Part shown: piece after piece, positions 1 through 10,745 of the stretch
Layout: each line of letters begins with the position of its first letter
How positions within the stretch are numbered: the first letter of the stretch is position 1
The notes under the pieces: generated by a model
Told to the model about the DNA's origin: nothing
What the model saw: the letters and a program-made list of their open reading frames with translations, nothing else
The model's database searches: none
Assembly (NCBI RefSeq): GCF_001194135.2
Contig: NC_068981.1
Location: 64,766,830 to 64,805,710 of the forward strand
Reading direction: 5' to 3'
Length of the DNA: 38,881 nt
From: Octopus bimaculoides
Taxonomy: Eukaryota
Program-made: the position numbers and the translations under genes

Positions 1-58
<58 letters not shown>

Positions 59-230
59 ACACATATATATATGTATAGATATTATATATAATACATATAC
101 ATATCTAATACATATGTACATATATGCTTTTGAATATTTATATACATTGTCTGTACCTATATTTACAGGAATACACTTATATGTATACATGGATGTGTGT
201 ATATGTATATATATATATAATCATGGAGAC
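1..230. repeat. (TA)n microsatellite decaying into TA/CA-rich sequence
   Basis: Near-pure TA run over about 1-58, then degenerate TATG/TACA. Confidence 0.95.
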
Positions 231-1880
231 AAATTTAAATTACAGTGGATATTTTTCTGTATATATCTCTCTTAACGTATACATGACGTAGACTGGAATA
301 TTCTTAAACAGACAATAGACAGTTATATGAGGGAATTAACCGAAAATATTTAGAGATATACACTCTCCATTTATTTGTAAATATTTGTCTATCTATGTCG
401 TCTTCATAACAATCAGTCTAAGAAGTATGAAATACGAAATACATAAGTTTGTATACACAGACACACATAAGCCTACAGACAAACAGATATATATATATAT
501 GTTTATTTATAATAATATAGATTTAATCAAAAGATTAAATGTGGTACTTAAAATGTTTGAGGCACCAGAATTTGGTAGGGTAAATACCAAAAACAAAATC
601 AAAAGGTTTGGTGAATAAAATTTGAAGATTTTTGCAAACATCTTCAAAATGACTTTCTAGAATGAAATTCCATTATGCAGCTGAGGAGTACATTTTCATT
701 GTACATTCTATGTGGTGCTCTCACTACATGAATAAATGGAGCTTGTACGAAACGTACGTACTGCTATAACCTATTGAATTTTTGTTGTTTATCTTCAAAT
801 TATGTTTATTTATATATTTGTATAAGCGTTTGTGTGTGTGTGTGTGTGTGTGTGCATGTATAAAATATGCATTTATATAGTGCACAAGGAAGAGAAAATC
901 ATACAAACACATGCAAATTAGCCTATCCACCACGGTACTAGCTTAATTNNNNNNNNNNNNNNNNNNNNNNNNNNNNNNNNNNNNNNNNNNNNNNNNNNNN
1001 NNNNNNNNNNNNNNNNNNNNNNNNNNNNNNNNNNNNNNNNNNNNNNNNNNNNNNNNNNNNNNNNNNNNNNNNNNNNNNNNNNNNNNNNNNNNNNNNNNNN
1101 NNNNNNNNNNNNNNNNNNNNNNNNNNNNNNNNNNNNNNNNNNNNNNNNNNNNNNNNNNNNNNNNNNNNNNNNNNNNNNNNNNNNNNNNNNNNNNNNNNNN
1201 NNNNNNNNNNNNNNNNNNNNNNNNNNNNNNNNNNNNNNNNNNNNNNNNNNNNNNNNNNNNNNNNNNNNNNNNNNNNNNNNNNNNNNNNNNNNNNNNNNNN
1301 NNNNNNNNNNNNNNNNNNNNNNNNNNNNNNNNNNNNNNNNNNNNNNNNNNNNNNNNNNNNNNNNNNNNNNNNNNNNNNNNNNNNNNNNNNNNNNNNNNNN
1401 NNNNNNNNATATCCCTCTCTCTCTCTCTCTCTATCTCTCTCTTTCTTTGTGAATTTTTTGTCCTTTTGCTCGTTACCATTATTGAGCTCCAGCCATTTTG
1501 GAGCATAATCTTCAACTGCTTTAAGGTAATTATATCTATTCTAGTACTAGTCTGTTTGATATTTACTCCATCTGGATCGAATGGTAAATTCAACAGTGTT
1601 ACGTTCCTTTAGAGATTTATCTACCGTGTACGAGCTTAATTATTATCACACTATACATACAATTCACACCAGTATATACCGGTACACACAGCGAGGCTTT
1701 TTGATTTACTTATACGACTGACTTCCGCCCAGACTCCGTCCGTTGGTTGACGAAACTTGTCACCAATGCATCGTACTGTGGAGTCGAACTGCTATGTGAT
1801 TGTGAAGCTACCTTCTTTCCCACATCGCCACGATTACTGTACTGGGCGTAATAAATAATCAGTATTTCCTTGTGTGATAC

Positions 1881-2273
1881 TCTCTTTACTCGTTTCAGTC
1901 ATTTGGCTGCGACCATGCTGGAGCACCACCTTTTAGTCGAGCAAATCGACCCCAGGACTTATTCTTTGTAAGCCTAGTACTTATTTTATCGGTCTCTTTT
2001 GCCGAACCGCTAAGTTACGGGGACGTAAACACACCACCATCAGTTGTCAAGCGATGTTGGGGGGACAAACACAGACACACAAACATATACACACACACAC
2101 ATATATATATACATATATACGACAGGCTTCTTTCAGTTTCCGCCTACCAAATCCACTCACAAGGCTTTGGTCGGCCCGAGGCTATAGTAGAAGAGGTGCC
2201 ACACAGTGGGAATGAACCCGAGACCATGTGGTTGGTAAGCAAGCTACTTACCACAGAACCACTCCTGCGCCTA
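1881..2273 (-). mobile_element. tRNA-derived SINE, family A, near full length
   Basis: Minus strand has a tRNA-like head (TGGTTCTGTGGTAAG A-box-like, GGTTCATTCCC B-box-like), an internal TA/GT linker and a TGACTGAAACGAGTAAAGAG tail. Colinear with 17066-17447 and 29749-30034, with an 11-bp deletion of CACTTGCCCAA. Confidence 0.9.
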
Positions 2274-2649
2274 TTTGTTGTACTTTCAGTTATTAAATAC
2301 TTCCCTTAGATGACCTAAATATATAGTGCTTAGGTTCGTGTGCGTCTGTCTAGTATCCACAGCATCTTTACGTGCACCAATTTAATATATTCCTCATTAG
2401 CGAAATCTGAAGAAAAATTTCACTAACTTTCTCATTAATATATGAAATCACTCCATCCTTCATTTTTCTGTTCCAAATCGAGGCATATACGACCCAGTCG
2501 TGATATTAACATCTATACATTGAATAGAATACTGAGTAACTAATATTTCTAGTAATAGTTATATTTATCTCATATTTGCAGTTGTAAAGGAGAACATTCA
2601 CATAAACGTCTTGACGCAAGTTTTGATAAACGCTGCATATTGTGATAAA

Positions 2650-2716
2650 TATTCTATATTTTCTATGTGTCGTATATCTATATTCTATGTGTAGTATTCT
2701 ATATTTTCTATGTGTC
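2650..2716. repeat. Minisatellite, about 22-23 bp x3
   Basis: TATTCTATATTTTCTATGTGTC is exact at 2650-2671 and 2695-2716, with a degenerate unit between. Confidence 0.75.
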
Positions 2717-2848
2717 CCCTTCCTGAGCTTTTTTTTTTATATAATTAAAACTTCAAGCCCTATTACCGACTAGCTACTGAAAACTTATGCACTCTCACTG
2801 ATTAAATACCTCACTTAGATGAGCCCCAGCTCATATTCATCAATATTT

Positions 2849-3075
2849 AGTGGCTAGGGTTCTGCACTTACGATCACGAGATCGTGAATTCTTGAGCAAA
2901 AACACTTCATCTCGCGTTGCTCTGTGATCACTTCGATACCCGAGCACTTGTTCAAGCAACGTCGATCTGGTGGAGGGAATGAGCTAATGTACAGCTTAAA
3001 CATTCGATTACTTTTAAAACAAATCATCTGTGGAAGTTATTCGGCAAAGGATTGTGGCATCTTCATTTGTCGTCT
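2849..3075 (+). mobile_element. Decayed tRNA-derived SINE (family D-like head)
   Basis: AGTGGCTAGGG A-box-like start, anticodon-arm-like CTTACGATC, then CTTGAGCAAAAACACTTCATCTCGCGTTGCTC, a motif typical of SINE central domains. 3' limit uncertain. Confidence 0.45.
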
Positions 3076-4536
3076 ACGACAGGAGAGTCACACACGCGCG
3101 CGCACACGTACATACACGCACACACAGACACGCACAACAATAACAACAACAACAAAACAATCCTCACTGCGGAGGAAATTCAAATGTAAACACACTCTCT
3201 CCATGCCATTGCACATTGGTGTACAGAAAAAAGTGAGGGAGTCTACTGACGGACCGTTTCATGGCTTGTTTACCTCTCCTCAGGGAATATGCACCGGGCT
3301 TCATTCCCTGGTGCACACACACACACACACAGAGACACTCACTCATATATGCATCAATACTACACTTTCTCTCTTTCTCTCTCTCCCTCACACAACATAC
3401 ACACATATATAGAGAGAAAGAGAAATGTATAGATAGAGAGAAAGAGAAAGAAAGGTGTGTGTGTGTGTCCATGTATATGAATGTACATGTTATTATGTGT
3501 GGCTTTGTGTATGTCTATGTGTGTGAATGAAAGAGTGGAATATCATTCATATTCCTCTCTTAAATAGCTGTGTAACTTCAAATCTCCTAAATTTGCCCTT
3601 TGTTTCTCTTTTACATTTAGAAGTTCAAGTTTCTTGAAACAATGCTGATCACATGACGTACCCTAACTAATAAAAACCCAGCTTTTAAGCGACCAATAAC
3701 GAAGGACTTCAACAGCTAACTGTTGCAGTACCTCCATTCACGAGAGGTATCTGAATGATCTGTCAATGTACTTCATGTGTGAATGAATCTCTGAGTAACT
3801 GACTGAACGAATCATCAGCAGTTCATTTATAAACATATATACTCTACGCTATGAAATGAGTCTTCTTTTCTGTAGCCTGTATACGTTTATTAATATACAT
3901 ATCTATGCATATATATATATATATATATANNNNNNNNNNNNNNNNNNNNNNNNNNNNNNNNNNNNNNNNNNNNNNNNNNNNNNNNNNNNNNNNNNNNNNN
4001 NNNNNNNNNNNNNNNNNNNNNNNNNNNNNNNNNNNNNNNNNNNNNNNNNNNNNNNNNNNNNNNNNNNNNNNNNNNNNNNNNNNNNNNNNNNNNNNNNNNN
4101 NNNNNNNNNNNNNNNNNNNNNNNNNNNNNNNNNNNNNNNNNNNNNNNNNNNNNNNNNNNNNNNNNNNNNNNNNNNNNNNNNNNNNNNNNNNNNNNNNNNN
4201 NNNNNNNNNNNNNNNNNNNNNNNNNNNNNNNNNNNNNNNNNNNNNNNNNNNNNNNNNNNNNNNNNNNNNNNNNNNNNNNNNNNNNNNNNNNNNNNNNNNN
4301 NNNNNNNNNNNNNNNNNNNNNNNNNNNNNNNNNNNNNNNNNNNNNNNNNNNNNNNNNNNNNNNNNNNNNNNNNNNNNNNNNNNNNNNNNNNNNNNNNNNN
4401 NNNNNNNNNNNNNNNNNNNNNNNNNNNNNNNNNNNNNNNNNNNNNNNNNNNNNNNNNNNNNNNNNNNNNNNNNNNNNNNNNNNNNNNNNNNNNNNNNNNN
4501 NNNNNNNNNNNNNNNTATATATATATATATATATAT

Positions 4537-4582
<46 letters not shown>

Positions 4583-5227
4583 GATACAACCATAAATAAG
4601 CATGCAACCTTGCAACCGTTTAACATAACGTACTCTATTACTACTGGCTTTCAAGCTGAAGATATTGCCAGTCACTTCCATATTACATTATATAGACATA
4701 AATTCTGTACGCTTCACTGGAATATTTCGAAATGGACCGTCAAAGAAGCTTTTACTAGTTTACTCATATGAACATAGTTTTATCATCTCACTCTAACACC
4801 ACCACTGACACCAACATACGAACAACAACAACAACAACAACGATTACTACTACTACTACTGTTGCTGCTGCTACTGTTGCTACTACTACTTTTGTTCTGG
4901 CATCACGTCATGTCTATGACTGCTATTATTCTAACAACTCACATAGGTTCCTGTCTCTGCGGGAGTCCAACTTAACGCTTCGTTTGATTACGTATCAATG
5001 AATTAAGCCAATGATTACTTCCCCTCACTATGTGAACTCTTTTAACATCGAGGATAGTATACGACAAAATTTCAACTCTCTATCTACACAACTGACATAC
5101 ATGTATTCCAATGATTTCATGCAATGCAGATATACCGACATTTGCATAAGCACACATACATGCTTAAAGGCTAGTTAATAGGTTCATGAAAAAACATAAA
5201 CGAATACATACATATAAATGTACATAC

Positions 5228-5278
<51 letters not shown>

Positions 5279-5298
5279 TATATATATATATGTATATA

Positions 5299-5329
<31 letters not shown>

Positions 5330-5591
5330 ATGCATAGATAGATATAATGTAAATGTATATATATACAACTATATGTGTGTGTGTGCGTGTGCATATATAT
5401 TTACTTATAGATATACATGCCTATATAAATTTATATTTGTGTATGTGAATATATATATATATATATATATTTTTATATATATATACATACATACATACAT
5501 ACATACATATACACACGCGCGCACACACGTATATACACATATATATATACACATAGATACACACACATAAATATATATGTATATTTATAAC

Positions 5592-5637
<46 letters not shown>

Positions 5638-6629
5638 CTTATATGTGTGCGTGTAAAAGCTTACAAATGAAAACTAACGACCACTATCAAATAAAGTACT
5701 CAAGATAGTAAAATGACCCGAAAAGATATTTATTTATTAAATTTAATGATTTGTAACATATAGGTATCTGTTTCGCTTGATAGAACTTGATAAAAAACGA
5801 AAGACTTAATTTTTTAGAGATTTCGTTACTATCTCTAGCAGGCCAGGTAACTATGAATAGCTTCCCGTAATTGATTCACCTCTACTTAACTAACCAGTAG
5901 CTTTCCTTTTGCTTCTAGGTTTTCTTTTTATTTATTTACTTTCTTTTTTGTCTGTCTTGGTGGGGTCCTTTAACTTGAATTTCTGTATTAGTGTCTTGAA
6001 AAATGTTCTTAAATCTATTAGCTATTTCAGCTATGGATATTGCATCTACGAACATCACACTATCAAATTTATTGCTGTCGCACACCACACGGTATATCTT
6101 AATATTTACCCGCCACTCACCATCGAATTTTTTTTAAATACTTACATTTTTAATGGCATTGAGAGCCTCTTCTGTTTGCATAATTTGAATATTTTAAAAC
6201 TTTTCTTGGCTTAATGTAAGCAAAGCCTATAGTGACTGGATTAGTCAGCTGATCAAGCAGAAATTGTCAGTATGCTCAGGTAAGATCCAGAATCTTATGA
6301 AAATGGCGGTGAACAAAAATTTATCCATAGCAGTTCATAAATAAATAATAATAAATAGATCTCAGACTGTTGATTTTTATGTACGAACTGTTATATGTTA
6401 AAAAGAAGTGATGGGTTGTTCAAATTAGAAAGAAGTATGGAGTTCAAGTGCAACTGCTTTACGTTAAGAAAGATCTAGAACTGGAAAATGCTAGATCAGA
6501 GGGTAAGTTAGAGGATAAATTTGCTATAAAATTTATTTAAAAGCTGTCTAAATGCTAATTGACAGTAACTCTCTCCTCTAAGATCTGGTGACCTGGCATC
6601 AATGCAATGTTAGAATTCATGATAACAAG

Positions 6630-6750
6630 ATGCTTACCGTCGGACAAAATGTTTAGCAGTATTTCTTCCGACTGTTCATGTTTTGAGTTCGAATTCCGCC
6701 GATGTCGACTTTGATTTTAATCTTTTTGAGATCGATAAAATAGGAGCACA
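6630..6750 (+). mobile_element. Decayed SINE family B
   Basis: GAGTTCGAATTCCGCCGATGTCGACTTTG...GATCGATAAAATAG matches the sense strand of the B copies at 26368-26588 and 30535-30745. Confidence 0.65.
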
Positions 6751-7265
6751 TGGATTACCCTAAAACTGTACCAAAATTTGAAACCATTCATAATGTCTAA
6801 ATATCTAGTAAAAGCATTCCTCGCACTCGACAATTTAGTTATTTGTACCGATATAAGTAAATTGTTTCGTGAAATACTTGCCATTATATCTTATTTAAAT
6901 ACCTTACTCATTTTGTCATGTTATCACGCGTGACTGTGGATGTAATGTAATTGAATCTGTTGATCGGTAATTTAGCTTTCGTGTTTCTTAAGATTGATAA
7001 CATAGCCGCAGAAAAGTTTGAAGTCTTTTCAATGAAAGAAATGAATGTAGTTAGATATTTATTGACTGTATTAAAGAGTAGATAGGTATGCATGTATATG
7101 GACACATTTATATGTAAATAAGTATCGGGTGTATTGTTAGTCCTAAGATGATTCTGATGTACCTAAATACAAAATGGCAATAAACTGACCGATGAAATAG
7201 TGAGATATATAATTGTTACTTTAACTTAACTGTATAACAAATATACCAGAAAAACACATAGTTTC

Positions 7266-7340
7266 GGCCATGAGTGTGTGATTAAAAAGCTCGCTTGCAT
7301 TCATGTAGTAACCAGCTCAGTTCTAATGCGCGGCACCTGG
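7266..7340 (+). mobile_element. Decayed SINE family A head
   Basis: GTGTGTGATTAAAAAGCTCGCTT...CTCAGTTCTAATGCGCGGCACCT aligns to the head at 29749-29820. Confidence 0.45.
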
Positions 7341-7600
7341 TATAGCCTTGAATCAACCAATTGAGAGAGTTTTTATGGAATTTTGTTATTAGGACACTCC
7401 GTTCCCTTCTGTCACCCAAATTAAAAGCATTTTGTTTAGTAGAAAGAAAACATTTATTTTTTCCCCTCTTATATAACGGAATATTTTGCCATCGACTTGA
7501 ATAATTTTTTTGTTGTTGTTCATTATTGTTGTTATATCTGTACGGAAAAACATGCTCAAGTACACATATATTGACATGTATTCGGGTGTGTATATGTATA

Positions 7601-7679
<79 letters not shown>

Positions 7680-7746
7680 AACATATGGTATAATCATAGA
7701 CAGGGCAAATTTTAGCTATTTCTCCACAGACTGAAAAAAATTATGC

Positions 7747-7794
7747 ACAGCCTTAATCAATTTTCGAACCTTATTGGGTTCTCATCAGAGGTGT
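7747..7794 (-). ncRNA. Minimal type I hammerhead ribozyme motif (HHR1), Penelope/retrozyme-like
   Basis: Minus strand: ACACCU CUGAUGA GAACC-caauaa-GGUUC GAAA AU-ug-AU UA^AGG(c)UGU. Core intact, perfect 5-bp stem II, near-palindromic stem III, stem I 3+3 bp with one bulge. Predicted cut between 7754 and 7753. Confidence 0.75.
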
Positions 7795-7866
7795 CTCCAT
7801 CATTCTGACAGTCTCCAGAGAAACAAGCAGCCAAATTGTTTATATACTCAAGAAAAAACCACACGA

Positions 7867-7962
7867 TGTAATGGGACTCTAAAGTCAAACTACTTCAATA
7901 AATATACACGAAACCAAAAGCGAAGGAATACAACATGGAAGCTACCCTTTAGAAACAGATTT
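7867..7962. repeat. 96-bp direct repeat, copy 1
   Basis: TGTAATGGGACTCTAAAGTCAAAC...CATGGAAGCTACCCTTTAGAAACAGATTT recurs at 8372-8467 with the same length and a diverged middle. Confidence 0.92.
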
Positions 7963-7963
7963 A

Positions 7964-8028
7964 GTCGCATACCATTAATGATTTCATGGTCAGCGTGTAT
8001 AATACGCTCTCCAATCTTCAGTGCAAAC
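7964..8028 (-). ncRNA. Second, slightly degenerate type I hammerhead motif (HHR2)
   Basis: Minus strand: UUGCA CUGAAGA u-UGG-ag-AGCGU-auuauac-ACGCU-ga-CCA-u GAAA UCAU-ua-AUGG UA^UGCGA. Core intact, palindromic CAUUAAUG stem III, 5-bp stem I. Defects are a U.U pair closing stem II and a U.G pair at 15.2/16.2. Confidence 0.6.
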
Positions 8029-8371
8029 ATAATCAGAACACATAAATATGAACATTTGTACATAACAAGCGAACAGCAAACGTATCCAACATAACATACA
8101 CAAATTCTCACACTTATATATCCATGTAAAAGGCGGGCTTCTCAAATTACATCTCGGTACACGTGTATAGTTGGAATAATTTAGCATTGAATCTATTCCG
8201 GTTTAATTGTTAATAAAATATAAGGATAAAATCTATATAAGCATTTATCAAGTAGTCAGCGTGAAAAAAACAGTTTAGGAAAACAAATTAACATAAAGCA
8301 TATAATTTTTCCTTTAAATATAAATGCATTCGTTATATTAAGGGCCATTACTACAAGTAAACGCTTCATGC

Positions 8372-8467
8372 TGTAATGGGACTCTAAAGTCAAACAACTT
8401 TAATAAATATACACGACACTGAACGTGGGGGAATGTAACATGGAAGCTACCCTTTAGAAACAGATTT
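8372..8467. repeat. 96-bp direct repeat, copy 2, fused to the 5' end of the CR1-like fragment
   Basis: See 7867-7962; offset 505 bp. Confidence 0.92.
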
Positions 8468-9447
8468 CTAAAGGGCTCCAACACCGATGTCATACACCGT
8501 GATTTTAGAAAGACCTTTGACAGAGTCGATCACGATATATTGTTAAGGAAACTATCCAACGCTGGAGTCAGTGGAAAGCTACTTCAATGGATTAAGTATC
8601 TCCTAGCAAACAGGACCCAGCATGTTGTGGTTGATGGCATCCACTCAAAAGTCCATCAAAAGTCATCAGCGGAGTCCTGCAGGGTACTGTGCTGGGTCCA
8701 CTCTTTTTTTATTGACTATATCAATGACATTGCAGATTCCATTGAACATAACACCGTTAAAATATTTGCAGATGACTCTAAGCTTCAGAAAGTCATTAAG
8801 GGAGAATATGATCGTAAGATGCTTCAATCGGACCTATGTGCAGTAACCCAGTGGTCACAAAAAAAAGACAATATGCAGCTGAACCAAAAGAAAATTGAGC
8901 TCATCCACTTTGGAAAAGAGGGTACACTTAAACAACCATATACACTACCGTTGGGAGACCTAGTTGAACCGCCGGATAATATCAGAGGCTTAGGTGTAAG
9001 TTTCGAAGTGTGCACATCAACAAAATAGTTGATGTTGCCCCCAGAATGTGCTCATGGATACTTAGAACTTTTCAATCTAGGATCATGAAACCACATAATG
9101 AGGATCGAAGTACCACAAAGATCAATCACTAAAAAATAAATGGCATAACAGGACTTGATTATTAGGCTCGACTTAAACAGCTGAAACTCTATCCTCTGCA
9201 ACGCCGCCGTAAGCGATACATTATCAGCACCATGTGGAAAATATTCCACCAATATTATCCAAACGATATTGATATTATCTTTACAGTTCACCCATGACTA
9301 GGACCCCGTGCAACACGTCCCCTACAAAGGTCGAGATCACATCACATAAGAACATTGTGACACAATTTCTTCACTGCAAATAGTCCTGCTCTTTTCAATG
9401 TTATCCCGAAAAAAATTAAAGTAGAAAAAGACCCCACAACCTTCAGG
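8468..9447 (+). mobile_element. CR1-like (CR1/L2 group) LINE, truncated pseudogenised ORF2: RT domain plus C-terminus
   Basis: Across frameshifts: DVIHRDFRKTFDRVDHDILLRKL, SGVLQGTVLGPLFF, KIFADDSKL (catalytic DD), RLKQLKLYPLQRRRKRYII, PALFNVIPKKIK. Confidence 0.92.
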
Positions 9448-9473
9448 TACATAAATATACATATATATGTATG

Positions 9474-10745
9474 TATCAGGTCATCCAATAAGTTCTGTCC
9501 GATTATACCTTTATAAAACTGAATGAAATTTAATAGTATTTTAGAATGTCTAATGGAATTAAAAAAAATTTTTTATGCATTTGTGTACATTTAAATTAAT
9601 TAAATATGATTTTACAGAATAACAGAATTAAAATTTCTTCGATTAAAACCCTTTCTNNNNNNNNNNNNNNNNNNNNNNNNNNNNNNNNNNNNNNNNNNNN
9701 NNNNNNNNNNNNNNNNNNNNNNNNNNNNNNNNNNNNNNNNNNNNNNNNNNNNNNNNNNNNNNNNNNNNNNNNNNNNNNNNNNNNNNNNNNNNNNNNNNNN
9801 NNNNNNNNNNNNNNNNNNNNNNNNNNNNNNNNNNNNNNNNNNNNNNNNNNNNNNNNNNNNNNNNNNNNNNNNNNNNNNNNNNNNNNNNNNNNNNNNNNNN
9901 NNNNNNNNNNNNNNNNNNNNNNNNNNNNNNNNNNNNNNNNNNNNNNNNNNNNNNNNNNNNNNNNNNNNNNNNNNNNNNNNNNNNNNNNNNNNNNNNNNNN
10001 NNNNNNNNNNNNNNNNNNNNNNNNNNNNNNNNNNNNNNNNNNNNNNNNNNNNNNNNNNNNNNNNNNNNNNNNNNNNNNNNNNNNNNNNNNNNNNNNNNNN
10101 NNNNNNNNNNNNNNNNNNNNNNNNNNNNNNNNNNNNTAAACGTCGTAAACAGTGGCTTCGTAAAAGGGAAAAAACTCAACCACAACCGAGAAGGGAACTT
10201 CATGGAGAAAAAGGTTCTCTCTATCTGGTGGGATTGCAAAGGAGTAATTCACTTTCAATTGTTACCATCTAATACAGCAATCAATGCTCAAGTCTACTCT
10301 CAGTAATTAGAGCGTTTGAACCAAGCTTTGAAGAAAAAAAAAACCGCTTTAGTGAATCGAAAAGAAGTGATGTTTCACCAGGACAATGCGCAACCCCAAC
10401 ACAGCAAAGATCACATCACAGAAGATCGAAGAGTTTGATCGGGAAAAATTCCTCATCCACCTTATTCTCCCGACTACCTTATCCTTCAGACTACCATTTG
10501 TTTCGTAGTTTACAGAATCGTTTGGGGGACATAACTTTCGCAAGCCAGGATGAGGTCGAAAAGTTCTTCGCTTTGAAACCAAAAGAGTTTTACATTGATG
10601 TAATTAAAAAGCTTGTAAATAGATGGAAGGAAGTCATAGATAATCAGGGAAAGTACATTGATAATTAAATTTCAATTAAATGTAACATTTAATCATTTCT
10701 TTTCTTTATTCAAAATTCGAACAGAACTTATGGGATTACCTGATA
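9474..10745 (+). mobile_element. Mariner (Tc1/mariner) transposon fossil, both TIRs present, transposase inactivated
   Basis: 27-bp TIRs at 9476-9502 and 10717-10743 (3 mismatches), each flanked by TA. Motifs KRRKQW, IWWDCKGVIH, FHQDNA, HPPYSPD, PSDYHLFRSLQ, with an in-frame stop and frameshifts. Length 1268 bp including a 480-N gap. Confidence 0.93.

Noticed and set aside
621-648. 28-bp near-perfect palindrome TTTGAAGATTTTTGCAAACATCTTCAAA
   Set aside because: Real but short, AT-rich and isolated; no associated element.
3590-3680. Strong plus-strand polypyrimidine acceptor at 3620 followed by stops in all frames and AATAAA
   Set aside because: No upstream exon or protein similarity to anchor a terminal exon.
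3723-3736. 14-nt match TTGCAGTACCTCCA to the U2 snRNA 3' region as I recall it
   Set aside because: No similarity on either side; compatible with chance.
6140-6260. Minus-strand GFAYI and MQTEEALNAIKN before a strong donor (AAT|GTAAGT), reminiscent of an RRM
   Set aside because: The two motifs are in different frames with stops and the wrong spacing; no convincing acceptor.
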